Source of the DNA: Promethearchaeota archaeon
GTDB taxonomy: Archaea > Asgardarchaeota > Lokiarchaeia > Sigyniarchaeales > SOKP01
Direction of reading: 5' to 3'
NCBI GenBank assembly: GCA_048938445.1
Contig: JBHLME010000019.1
Span: 1-46,501 of the forward strand
DNA: 46,501 nt
In this document: one piece after another, positions 28,335 through 37,668 of the stretch
Position numbering within the stretch: the first letter of the stretch is position 1
How the letters are laid out: each line of letters begins with the position of its first letter
Notes under the pieces: model-generated
Seen by the model: only the letters and a program-made list of their open reading frames with translations
The model's database searches: none
Told to the model about the DNA's origin: nothing
Program-made: the position numbers and the translations under genes

Positions 28335-29096
28335 TCATTTTAATTTTAAAATGAATATGCCAATTGCAAGTTTTCTGCGATATTCCAATACTTCTATTTC
28401 ATTTTCTTTGAATAAATTGAACCAAAAGTTATGGGATTTAAAGAACAAAGTATAAATACCATTTATTAAAATCGATCCCAATGAATTTCTGTGGAATTCA
28501 GTTAACCAAAAAATACCTTCTGGTTTTATGACTCTTTTTATTTCTCTTAATGCTTTAACTTTTTCAGGAATTTCATGAAACACGTAAGACATATTTATAA
28601 AATCAAAATTATTATCTTCAAATGGTATTTCCAAGACGGAACCATATTGAAATGTTGTTTGATTAGCAACTCCCTCGAGTTTAGCATTTTCTTGAACCAT
28701 TTCAAGTGAATTTCCCTTAATAGCGTTGTTAAATATATCAATTCCATACACGTGCCCTTTATCTTTAACTTGTTTAGCGAGTTTAATTGCTACTCTCCCG
28801 GATCCACATCCAATATCTAATATTTTAGGATTGGAAAAGATTTTCAGTCCGTTATTATCAATTATAGGATGGGCTTTACCAGTCTTACTGTAAAGATTGA
28901 CAGTTAATATTCCGAGAGCTGGCCAGAGAAAAAATATCAGACATATAATCCCGATAATTAAAAAAAATAAACCAATAAAACCTTGAATAATTAAAGTTAA
29001 GATGATTGATAAAATACCTAATATTCCAATCAATCCATATATTGTCATCATTCTTACATGATACCATCCATAATTTACTTTTTTTTGTACAGTCAA
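28335..29096 (-). CDS. Class I SAM-dependent methyltransferase with two N-terminal TM helices
   Basis: ILDIGCGSG, YGID, IPFEDNNFD, LREIKRVIKPEG; AGGTGA SD upstream of TTG. Confidence 0.92.
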   Translation of the reverse strand: MTVQKKVNYGWYHVRMMTIYGLIGILGILSIILTLIIQGFIGLFFLIIGIICLIFFLWPALGILTVNLYSKTGKAHPIIDNNGLKIFSNPKILDIGCGSGRVAIKLAKQVKDKGHVYGIDIFNNAIKGNSLEMVQENAKLEGVANQTTFQYGSVLEIPFEDNNFDFINMSYVFHEIPEKVKALREIKRVIKPEGIFWLTEFHRNSLGSILINGIYTLFFKSHNFWFNLFKENEIEVLEYRRKLAIGIFILKLK

Positions 29097-29106
29097 TATT
29101 TTTCAC

Positions 29107-29511
29107 CTATTTATAATTTAAGACGAATTGAATAAATGCTGATATAGTAATAGGATCAAAAAAGTGTTCTAATTTGCAGCAGATTTCATCTATTTTCTTA
29201 GAATCCTTGAATTTTAAAATCTTAAGAAAAAATAATTTTAGAATATTAAAGTTATTAAACAAATATTCGGCTAAATCTTTTCCTTCTTTAGTGATTTTAA
29301 CTAATTTTCTAGAGTTCCATATGATTAGTCCTTTTTCTTTAAGTTTATATAGTATGCTTGTTATAGATGATGGTTTAACATTCAGACACGAAGAAATTTC
29401 TGAATTTGATACCCCTCCATTTTTTTTAGTTCGTGCAATTTTATAAATAGTTTTTAGATAATCTTCATCTCTTCTTCGAATAATAATAATAACCTTGTTT
29501 TTTTCATCCAT
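29107..29511 (-). CDS. DtxR/MntR-family metal-dependent repressor (degenerate metal site)
   Basis: EDYLKTIY, VKPSSIT, ITKEG, CKLEH. Confidence 0.88.
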   Translation of the reverse strand: MDEKNKVIIIIRRRDEDYLKTIYKIARTKKNGGVSNSEISSCLNVKPSSITSILYKLKEKGLIIWNSRKLVKITKEGKDLAEYLFNNFNILKLFFLKILKFKDSKKIDEICCKLEHFFDPITISAFIQFVLNYK

Positions 29512-29772
29512 TTTTATTAACTCTACCGATATTTAATCATGAATCCAATAATTTTAACGAAATAAATGGCAAAATATATTAAAAATACGAAAGACCATTT
29601 TAAATGTTTAAATCTCTCATTTAATCTCATTTATACTATTTTCGCCTCAGCATTTAATTTATTCGATTGTCAATAGTCACTAATCACTTTTCATATTTAA
29701 ATGTTACTAGTGTCGATCAACATTAGACATAAGGCTTAAATAATAGAAAAACCATTTATATAATGAGGAATT

Positions 29773-30717
29773 ATGGAAAAACCGGTTGAAGTTAGCAAAA
29801 TAATGCAAATATTTAATGATCTTGGATTAAATAAAAAAGATTCTATGGTATATTTTGAATTGTTAAAACAAGGCCCAAAAGGAATGACGGTCAATGGATT
29901 AAATCATGCAGTTGATTTACCTCGAACTACCATTTATTCAATCCTTAACAAATTGAGTGAAATGGAATGCATTAAGGAAGGAGGGAAAGCATGGGGTGCA
30001 GGGCGGCAAGCTACAAACTATATAGCAAATAAATTTTCATATTTCATCAATATTCTAATAGATAATAAAGAAAAAGAATTGAACCATCTAATAGAAATAA
30101 AAGATGAACATTCAGACTATTTTGATCATATTTATAGAAGTGGTTATGAATATACAATTGAGGATGTAGATGCTGAATTCAGACCATACATTAAACCATT
30201 ATTGGAAAAAGGTTGGAAAATTAGTTCCTTTGATACTAAGGTTTGGGATGAGTATTTTGAATATAAAGTTTACGATTGCATGTTAATGATTCCTTATGCT
30301 AAATATATTAAAGATAGAAACAGCATACATCTATTTGAATTTAAATATGACATAGAACATGAAAAAAATGCCTTAAAATCTATGATTAATAATCTAAAGA
30401 AAAGAACAAAAGAGATCATAGGATATGAAACAGGTATTTCAAAGTTTGAATTACAAAATACCGAATTTACCTTTTTAGGAAGAACTTCTTCTGGAATAGT
30501 TCTTAAAACGAAAGTAAAAGAATTTAAAAAATCAAAATTTTTTTCTGAAATGTTGCCGCTAATTGAGAATTTAGAAGACTTCGATGATATTGAACTTTGG
30601 AGATCGGTTATAATGCCTTATAATAATAAGGTCTTTTTTGTTTGGGCTGAAAGTCTAGAGCTTATAGGGGAAATGTTTGATTCAATCAATAGTGTAGAAA
30701 AAATAACTCAAAACTAA
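29773..30717 (+). CDS. TrmB-like HTH transcriptional regulator with unknown C-terminal domain
   Basis: LGLNKKDSMVYFELL...LPRTTIYSILNKL. Confidence 0.8.
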   Translation: MEKPVEVSKIMQIFNDLGLNKKDSMVYFELLKQGPKGMTVNGLNHAVDLPRTTIYSILNKLSEMECIKEGGKAWGAGRQATNYIANKFSYFINILIDNKEKELNHLIEIKDEHSDYFDHIYRSGYEYTIEDVDAEFRPYIKPLLEKGWKISSFDTKVWDEYFEYKVYDCMLMIPYAKYIKDRNSIHLFEFKYDIEHEKNALKSMINNLKKRTKEIIGYETGISKFELQNTEFTFLGRTSSGIVLKTKVKEFKKSKFFSEMLPLIENLEDFDDIELWRSVIMPYNNKVFFVWAESLELIGEMFDSINSVEKITQN

Positions 30718-30761
30718 GTTTATATTGCAATTCAAAATAATAATTTTAGAATATCCTTATC

Positions 30762-31862
30762 TTAAGCTAATAATTCTAAAAAAATGGAAGAAGCTTTTTT
30801 ATACAGCGGTAATATTTCTAAATATGAATCAATTGAGCTGAGTATTTTCTTATATCCACATAATTTTCCTAATTCTTCCTTATCTTCAGTCATTTCAGAC
30901 TTAATAATCTTAAATTTATTTTCCCATTTTATCATTTCTTTAAAAGAATTTATACCTGAGATAAATAAAGAATCCTTAATAGATGACATGGAATATATTG
31001 TTTGACGTTTTAATTTTTCTGGAATAATTTCGCTATATTGTTCCTTATCAACTTTCTCGATTAGACCATTTTTAGCAAGGGTATTTACAACTTGTGAGAC
31101 CTTTCCTAATGACAAACCAGTTAGCTCTCTTATTCTCTCTTGCGTTAAAATTCCACGTGTAATAAAAAAAACATAGATCATCAAAGTAAATTCTGATAAT
31201 ACGGAGTAAGCAGACTCGTACATGAAAAAATCTATGATATCATCTTCAATTTTCTTCAGTTTTGGATCAAATTGCATGGTAATGTTATTAAAATCTTCAA
31301 ATGTCAATGATTTTTTATGTTGCCGTCTAAATTTCAAATCAACAGGACTGCTTGGATTTTTTAAGATTTCTAATATGTTTTGATAAATTTCATACACATC
31401 TATTGCATCTTTTAACCTTTTTAAAAGAAGTTTATAACCCTTTTTATTAGTCAGAGAACTATTCTCTAAATCCTTAATTTTAACCTTAAAATATTCTATT
31501 TCTTTTTCCATAGTCCCTAAAGCAAAATCAATTGATTTTTGGGAGATAGGAGCTATAAAATAGTAAGATTCGCGTGATCCCTGTATTTTTTCTTTTCTAG
31601 CTTGTCCTATATTGATAAGTGTTGATAAACCTGTTGAAATTGTAGATTTAGAAAATCTTGTTAAGTGTTTCAATTGACCTTGGGTTAACTTGCCATAGAC
31701 TAACAGATAAGCCATGATTTTTATCAACTTGTTAGAAAGAGATGAAAATCTTCCTATTTCCAAATAGTAATCTAGTATAATTGTCTCATATTTTTTTATT
31801 CGACCTTCGAAAGGAAAACAATTGGAATTAATGTTCATTAATAATAAATTATAATTATTCAT
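30762..31862 (-). CDS. Tandem-duplicated GbsR/MarR-like wHTH regulator
   Basis: Two repeats: KKYETIILDYY...LTQGQLKHLTRFSKSTISTGL and KKIEDDIIDFF...LTQERIRELTGLSLGKVSQVV. Confidence 0.8.
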   Translation of the reverse strand: MNNYNLLLMNINSNCFPFEGRIKKYETIILDYYLEIGRFSSLSNKLIKIMAYLLVYGKLTQGQLKHLTRFSKSTISTGLSTLINIGQARKEKIQGSRESYYFIAPISQKSIDFALGTMEKEIEYFKVKIKDLENSSLTNKKGYKLLLKRLKDAIDVYEIYQNILEILKNPSSPVDLKFRRQHKKSLTFEDFNNITMQFDPKLKKIEDDIIDFFMYESAYSVLSEFTLMIYVFFITRGILTQERIRELTGLSLGKVSQVVNTLAKNGLIEKVDKEQYSEIIPEKLKRQTIYSMSSIKDSLFISGINSFKEMIKWENKFKIIKSEMTEDKEELGKLCGYKKILSSIDSYLEILPLYKKASSIFLELLA

Positions 31863-31876
31863 ATTTATTTTTTTAG

Positions 31877-31957
31877 TTCGAATTATATGAAAACATTTAT
31901 ATAGGATGTATCAGATATTATTAATAGTGATTTTCTAAAATTCGAATCTCATGAAAA
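31877..31957. promoter_or_regulatory. Two 17-bp operator-like repeats flanking a TATA box
   Basis: TTCGAATTATATGAAAA (31877-31893) and TTCGAATCTCATGAAAA (31941-31957), 14/17 identical, with TTC-N9-GAA symmetry; TTTATATA lies between them. Confidence 0.65.
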
Positions 31958-31983
31958 TAAACCAATAAAAAACTAACTAAGAG

Positions 31984-32649
31984 TTGAATAAGAATATGGG
32001 CTTTAACCTTGATAATATTAGAATGACCTTCCTAAAATATACTCGAATGGCTTATAAATTACTTCCAAAAATTAATAATCCAAAAATTTTAGATGTTGGA
32101 TGTGGTTCTGGTATACCTACGTTAGAATTAGCAAAATTAAGTAATGGGAACATAATAGGCATTGATATTGACAAATCATCATTGGAAAAATTTAAAAAAA
32201 AAATGAATCAATCTGAATTCAATTATAAAATTTCAATTAAACAAATGTCTTTGCTTGATAATGATTTTCCTGATGAAAATTTTGATATTATTTGGTCAGA
32301 GGGGGCATTTAGTATTATTGGTTTTAAAAAAGCTATTAAGATTTGTCATAGACTTTTAAAAAAAGGAAAATTTTTAGTAATATTCGAAGCAGTGAATGGT
32401 GTAGAATATAATATGGAATTAATTAATTCTACAGGATTTAAACTTGTGGATAAAATATTATTGCCTGATGATATTTGGATAACAAACTACTTTGAACCTA
32501 TAAAAGAAATGATTAAAGAAATTAATTATAAAGAATTAACTCCTGATCAAGTCAAGGAGTTAAAAAAAGCTAAAAAAGACTTACATTGGGTAAAAAACGC
32601 AACTCCTAAAGAATTAGAAAGTGCCTTTTATACATTTATGAGAATTTAG
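31984..32649 (+). CDS. Class I SAM-dependent methyltransferase
   Basis: ILDVGCGSG, IGIDID, FDIIWSEG. Confidence 0.92.
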   Translation: MNKNMGFNLDNIRMTFLKYTRMAYKLLPKINNPKILDVGCGSGIPTLELAKLSNGNIIGIDIDKSSLEKFKKKMNQSEFNYKISIKQMSLLDNDFPDENFDIIWSEGAFSIIGFKKAIKICHRLLKKGKFLVIFEAVNGVEYNMELINSTGFKLVDKILLPDDIWITNYFEPIKEMIKEINYKELTPDQVKELKKAKKDLHWVKNATPKELESAFYTFMRI

Positions 32650-32680
32650 AATAGTATTCTTAAAAATGAGGTGAATTAAA

Positions 32681-32947
32681 ATAGAATTAATAGAATGGGT
32701 ATTTACAATTTTATCATTTATGGCTTTCTATTTTTTTGTAAGCAAGAAGGCAAGTCAACCAAATATTAGAATAATTGGGTGGGTGATGTCAATAATTATC
32801 AATTTTCTTATGGCAGTCTTTACACTTTCGATAGGTGTGTTAAGTATTGGAGTTATAAATATATGTTATGTGTTCTTAAATGGTTATGGAATACTCAATT
32901 GTTATATAGAAATCAAAAAGAAAGATAAAAAAAGTAATTTAAGGTGA
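32681..32947 (+). CDS. Small 3-TM membrane protein (PnuC-half/SemiSWEET-like size), probable ATA start
   Basis: GAGGTGA (32668-32674) is 6 nt before in-frame ATA 32681, giving (M)ELIEWVFTILSFMAFYFF...; TGA at 32672 blocks further extension. Confidence 0.6.
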   Translation: MELIEWVFTILSFMAFYFFVSKKASQPNIRIIGWVMSIIINFLMAVFTLSIGVLSIGVINICYVFLNGYGILNCYIEIKKKDKKSNLR

Positions 32948-32953
32948 ATTAAT

Positions 32954-33274
32954 ATGGATCTTATGCATAAATGTAAGGTAACCATTATTAAAACAACATT
33001 AAATGAAGAATTAATTGATGAATATATAAATGACGAATATAAAAAATTAGGATCTTGTGAAGTATTTGAGGAAGGACAAGAATTTATAATAGATCCCACT
33101 GTAGCTAAAGTTCCAGAAAACTTCTGTGACTGGGCTTGGGCGGATATACGTAAGGATATCATATTGGTTGCATCTGGAGGAAACCTAGGGTGGCTTAAAC
33201 AACCTGGAACTACCATAGTAACATGTACAGATTCTTTCCGACCGGTTTATTTCAAAATTGAAAGAATCGACTAA
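32954..33274 (+). CDS. TIGR04076-family protein
   Basis: KCKVTII, CEVFEEGQEF, PENFCDWAW, CTDSFRPVYFKIERI; AGGTGA SD. Confidence 0.88.
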   Translation: MDLMHKCKVTIIKTTLNEELIDEYINDEYKKLGSCEVFEEGQEFIIDPTVAKVPENFCDWAWADIRKDIILVASGGNLGWLKQPGTTIVTCTDSFRPVYFKIERID

Positions 33275-33382
33275 CACGTAAATAGTTAAAAAATTGATAT
33301 CTCTTTTATATAAAAGCAAGTTACAGGGAATCTTTAAATTTAGAATCATCTATTATTTATTGATAATAAAATATTGAAATAA

Positions 33383-33940
33383 ATGAATCAAATAAACAAT
33401 AAGAGAAAGAGAATATTAGCTCTTATTTGGAGCGGGATTCTTGTAGTAGTTGTTTTACCTATTATAGGTATAATGATATCAGTTTTGATAGATAATTTAT
33501 TTGCTTTTCCACAATTAATCTCTTTTCCCTTTAATATAATTATTGCTATTCCTCTTTTATTATGGGGTTTTTTTTGGGCTATCTGGTCAAATATTGAATT
33601 ATATAAGGTCGGACAAGGGAGTCCCATTCCTAGAGAAGATATTCATACAATTAAAGTGGTTTCGAGTGGTCCTTATAAATATTGTAGAAATCCGATGATC
33701 TTTGGCTATATTTTTCTGTGGGTTGGTCTTGGACTATTACTCAATTCTTTTTTTTTGACATTTGGAATATCATTATTAGTCTCTCTTTTACTCATAATAA
33801 TGGTCAAAGTATGGGAAGAAAAACATTTAGAAAAAGTATTTGGAGATCCTTATATTCAATATAAAAGTGAAGTCCCATTTGTCATTCCGTTTTTAAAAAA
33901 GAAAAAGAAATCTAAAAAATATTCTAAAAATGATTCTTAA
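33383..33940 (+). CDS. Isoprenylcysteine carboxyl methyltransferase / PEMT-family membrane methyltransferase
   Basis: GQGSP, GPYKYCRNPMIFG, EEKHLEKVFGDPYIQYKSEVP. Confidence 0.92.
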   Translation: MNQINNKRKRILALIWSGILVVVVLPIIGIMISVLIDNLFAFPQLISFPFNIIIAIPLLLWGFFWAIWSNIELYKVGQGSPIPREDIHTIKVVSSGPYKYCRNPMIFGYIFLWVGLGLLLNSFFLTFGISLLVSLLLIIMVKVWEEKHLEKVFGDPYIQYKSEVPFVIPFLKKKKKSKKYSKNDS

Positions 33941-34092
33941 TTACAAATAAAATAAAAGAAGGAAATGCAAAGATAACTTATCTTAATTATTTTAAACGCG
34001 TAAATTAAAATATTTTTTTGATTTTTTTTTATGAATTTTTTACAGCTGGTTTTAATATGGATTTAAACATGTTGTTTAATAACATCTTTTTC

Positions 34093-34110
34093 AGTTCATT
34101 TTTATGAACT
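34093..34110. promoter_or_regulatory. Inverted repeat upstream of trmO-like copy 2
   Basis: AGTTCAT-TTTT-ATGAACT, perfect 7-bp arms. Confidence 0.35.
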
Positions 34111-34235
34111 CAGAACTAATAAAATAAGATTTATTATTTTAATAAAATTAAAAATCGGTACTAAATATTACGAAATTATAAAAAAGTATGAAAATACTAT
34201 TTAATTAGATATTAAAAAAAATCAATGTTTTTATT

Positions 34236-34829
34236 ATGGAGAATTTAATTATAAATCCGATTGGAATAGTAAAGAATAAAGCAAACAAGGAAGTGTTAAA
34301 ATACTCAAATAAGGATTTAACCTTAGATCTAAATACAGCAATAAATCAGGGAAGTGACTTAATCAAGTCCAAAATAATAATAAACGAGGAATATAGAGAT
34401 TGTTTAGAGGGAATTGACGATTTTTCTCATATTATTATTTTTTTTTGGACTCATAAGGTACCTGATAATGCTCGCCAAATTAAAAAAGTCCATCCTGCCG
34501 GAATAAAAAAAATGCCAATCAAAGGAATTTTTGCAACACGATCACCGGTAAGACCTAATCCCATATGTAAAACAACAGTGAAATTAATAGAAAGAAAAGG
34601 CGATGTATTATTTGTAGAAGGATTAGATGCGATTGATAATACACCCGTAATTGATATAAAACCACATATACCTTTTTATGATTCTCCGATTAATGTTAAA
34701 TTAGCAAATTGGATGTATAAATTAATGGAGGAATTAAAAAATCTTACAAAAAACACTAGTAAAAATGATTCACCAAACCCATATTCCGTGGATATTCGTA
34801 ATCATCCTTGTTTAAATCCTGAACGATAA
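34236..34829 (+). CDS. TrmO/TsaA-like SAM-binding methyltransferase, copy 2
   Basis: INPIG, GIDDFSHIIIFFW, GIFATRSPVRPNPI, GLDAIDNTPVIDIKP. Confidence 0.92.
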   Translation: MENLIINPIGIVKNKANKEVLKYSNKDLTLDLNTAINQGSDLIKSKIIINEEYRDCLEGIDDFSHIIIFFWTHKVPDNARQIKKVHPAGIKKMPIKGIFATRSPVRPNPICKTTVKLIERKGDVLFVEGLDAIDNTPVIDIKPHIPFYDSPINVKLANWMYKLMEELKNLTKNTSKNDSPNPYSVDIRNHPCLNPER

Positions 34830-35103
34830 AATAAATATTATATATTATATAATAATTTTTTCAAAGAGAATTATTAATAACCCATAAAATTATTTCCTTT
34901 TATTATCTAGATCTTCTTTTCTATTCCGATAAATAAGGCAATATTACAGAATTCTTAAAAATTATTTATAGTTGTAAAAAATATTTCAGAATTTGAATTC
35001 TATTAGGTCTCATTTTTAAAATTCTACATTACCTAAAATTTCTTTAATAAATTTTAATTTATATAAGTAGAACTAAAATAATATGAAAATTTCAACATCG
35101 TAA

Positions 35104-36252
35104 ATGCCAAATATAATAATATTATCGGGATATAGAAGTGATTGGTTAGAAATTAAAAGAATTAAACAAGCTTCAGAGGATCTAGGATATTCGCATCAGG
35201 AATTCTCTGTGGAAGATGTTGGTTGGTCTCTACTGAAACCTATAAAGGATTATAAAAAAGATTCTGTTATAATTAACCGATTAGGTTTAATGTCCCAAGT
35301 TAATTATATTCAACCAATGTTATCATTCAATGGATATGAATTATTTAATAATCCCTCCGTTACGACTATTTGTGATAATAAATCATTGACTACAGCATGC
35401 TTTGAAGCTGCTAAGATTCAATCGACACCGACAATCTGGATTCCAATCACGAATCACCCAAGATTAAGAGTTCAGAATATAAGAGAATCGATTGTAAATG
35501 CTATTGAAAATGAGTTTGATTATCCTGTTGTAATAAAACCAACAGGGGGAGGTCGTGGTTGGAAGGTAACTTTTATTAAAAATAGGGATGAGTTAGATGA
35601 ATATTTATTTAATGATAAGCGGATCCTAGCAAATCCATGGGGATTGTATGTTCAACAATATAAGTCCCATATTGCGGATATTAGAGTAGTGGTTGGAAAA
35701 AAAAAGGGTTCACCTTTGGAAATATTTGCAGCATTGTTTAGAATTCCCATGAGAGAATATATCGTGGCTAATACCTCTCAAGGTAACCCTTCAGTCAAGT
35801 TTGAAATTACCGATAGAATAAAAGATCTTTCATTTAAAATGTGCAAGGCCGTATTAGACGGAGCCAGTAAATTAGATGGGGTTTCTGATCGAGGAATTCT
35901 ACTAGGTATAGATATATTAGTAAATTCTGATGACCTAGACCTTAGAAATTCTGTTAGAGATTTTGCAAAAAAACTAAAAAATTCCGAAGAATTTAAGGTA
36001 ACTCACAAGAAAAAACAATTCAAAGCAGATTTTGAAGCTATAGATAAAAAATTCCATTTAGATATGAAAAAATACATGAATCTAGACGTTTACCATGAAG
36101 TAAAGGAGTTATTAATCAAGGGAACCAGTAAATCTGAATTATTCGCAAGTGAAGCAAACGCTACTATTGACTTCGGTGATTTAACTCATGTCTTTAGTGA
36201 AGGAAAAGTAGCACGTGGAATAGTTGAATGTGCTGTTAGTAATTTATCCTAA
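35104..36252 (+). CDS. lysX: RimK/LysX-family ATP-grasp ligase ([LysW]-aminoadipate/glutamate ligase)
   Basis: CDNKSLT, YPVVIKPTGGGRG, VQQY, DIRVVV, ANTSQG, GIDIL, EAN; adjacent to lysZ and lysW. Confidence 0.75.
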   Translation: MPNIIILSGYRSDWLEIKRIKQASEDLGYSHQEFSVEDVGWSLLKPIKDYKKDSVIINRLGLMSQVNYIQPMLSFNGYELFNNPSVTTICDNKSLTTACFEAAKIQSTPTIWIPITNHPRLRVQNIRESIVNAIENEFDYPVVIKPTGGGRGWKVTFIKNRDELDEYLFNDKRILANPWGLYVQQYKSHIADIRVVVGKKKGSPLEIFAALFRIPMREYIVANTSQGNPSVKFEITDRIKDLSFKMCKAVLDGASKLDGVSDRGILLGIDILVNSDDLDLRNSVRDFAKKLKNSEEFKVTHKKKQFKADFEAIDKKFHLDMKKYMNLDVYHEVKELLIKGTSKSELFASEANATIDFGDLTHVFSEGKVARGIVECAVSNLS

Positions 36253-36269
36253 AAGGAGGTGTTAAAAAA

Positions 36270-37079
36270 ATTACAGAAAAAATAGTTATAAAGATTGGTG
36301 GCGATTTACTTAAGGAAAAACTGGATTTTGTCATTTCAGATTTGTTAAAATTGCACTCAGAAAAAAATAAAATTGTTTTATGTCATGCTGGAGCGGATAT
36401 CATTACTGAAGTGGCAGAGAAAATGGGAAAACCCCAAATTTTCACTCACTCTACAAAAGGATATAAAGCTCGTTTTGTTGATGAGGAAACTAGAGATATT
36501 TATATTATGGCAGTGGCAGGCTTAAATAATAAGCAAATTGTCAAGGAAATGATTGTAAGAAAGCTTCCTGCAGTTGGAATTTCTGGTGTTGATGGTGGCT
36601 TGCTCATAGCGGATAGATTTAAAAAAGCAATGGTAATTATTGATGGGAAAAAAAAATTTAAAGACAATTATACTGGAAAACCCATTGAAGTGAATGTTAA
36701 ACTAATTGAAACTCTCTGGGAAAAAGATTATATTCCCGTTATAGCTTCTATTGCTATCAGCACTGATAATGAGATAGTTGGTGGTGATAGTGATAGAGTA
36801 GCTGATGCAATTGCCGTGGCGATTAAAGCGGATAAATTAATACTTCTGACTGATGTTGATGGAGTTTTAGATAAAAATAGGAAACTTATTACTCACGTAA
36901 ATAGCTCAAGAGCCGAATCAATCCTTGAAAGTGTAACTGGGGGGATGAAAACTAAGCTCATTACCGCATTAAAATCTGCTAGTGAAGGGATTAAACAAGT
37001 AATTATCGCTTCTGGTCTACGAGAGAATCCGATCTCTAAGGCTCTTAATAATGAGAATTGCACAATCATAACTGATTAA
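36270..37079 (+). CDS. lysZ: [LysW]-aminoadipate/[LysW]-glutamate kinase (LysZ/ArgB), ATT start
   Basis: The essential IVIKIGG motif is encoded upstream of TTG 36342; SD GGAGGTG (36255-36261) is 8 nt before in-frame ATT 36270; SGVDGG, DSDRVA, LTDVDGV, TGGMKTK. Confidence 0.88.
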   Translation: MTEKIVIKIGGDLLKEKLDFVISDLLKLHSEKNKIVLCHAGADIITEVAEKMGKPQIFTHSTKGYKARFVDEETRDIYIMAVAGLNNKQIVKEMIVRKLPAVGISGVDGGLLIADRFKKAMVIIDGKKKFKDNYTGKPIEVNVKLIETLWEKDYIPVIASIAISTDNEIVGGDSDRVADAIAVAIKADKLILLTDVDGVLDKNRKLITHVNSSRAESILESVTGGMKTKLITALKSASEGIKQVIIASGLRENPISKALNNENCTIITD

Positions 37080-37163
37080 TTCTAATTAACATCAAAAGAT
37101 ATAAATCAAATAAAAAATAAAATTAATATTATTATTATTAAAAATTAAGAATGGTGAATATTT

Positions 37164-37376
37164 TTGGCTGAAAAAATATATGAAGCATCAAAAGAAGATG
37201 GAAATTTTATAATAGAATGCACTGAATGTTATTTTGAAAATGTAATTGAGGATGCTGAAAAAGACGATGTCATTGAATGTGAGGATTGTGGCGCACCTTT
37301 CACTATTGTTGATGTGTCCGATGACAAAATCAAGTACAAACCCGTCGTCTTTGATGAAGAAGAATGGAGAGAGTAG
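37164..37376 (+). CDS. lysW: Amino-group carrier protein LysW (zinc ribbon, acidic, C-terminal EEWRE)
   Basis: CTEC...CEDCG, very acidic, terminal W-x-E; follows lysX-lysZ; GGTGA SD. Confidence 0.88.
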   Translation: MAEKIYEASKEDGNFIIECTECYFENVIEDAEKDDVIECEDCGAPFTIVDVSDDKIKYKPVVFDEEEWRE

Positions 37377-37668
37377 TTTAAAATTTTTAGTTATCTCAAT
37401 CCTCCTCTTTTTTAAGCTTTACTTTATCCATCTGCTATTACTCTAAGATTTTTTTTAAAATTTATTAAATGTTGATATTAATCTATTTTATTTTTATTCA
37501 AGTAAAATCGTTTATATGAATTTAAAATAAGATTAACGATTAAAATTTCTTAAAATTCCTTAAAGTGGATGACAATGAAGAAGAATTAATTGAAATATAG
37601 AAAAATTTCAATGTTTACAAATCATAAAAAAAGTTAGCATTTATATTTTCTGTTAAACAATTTATATT

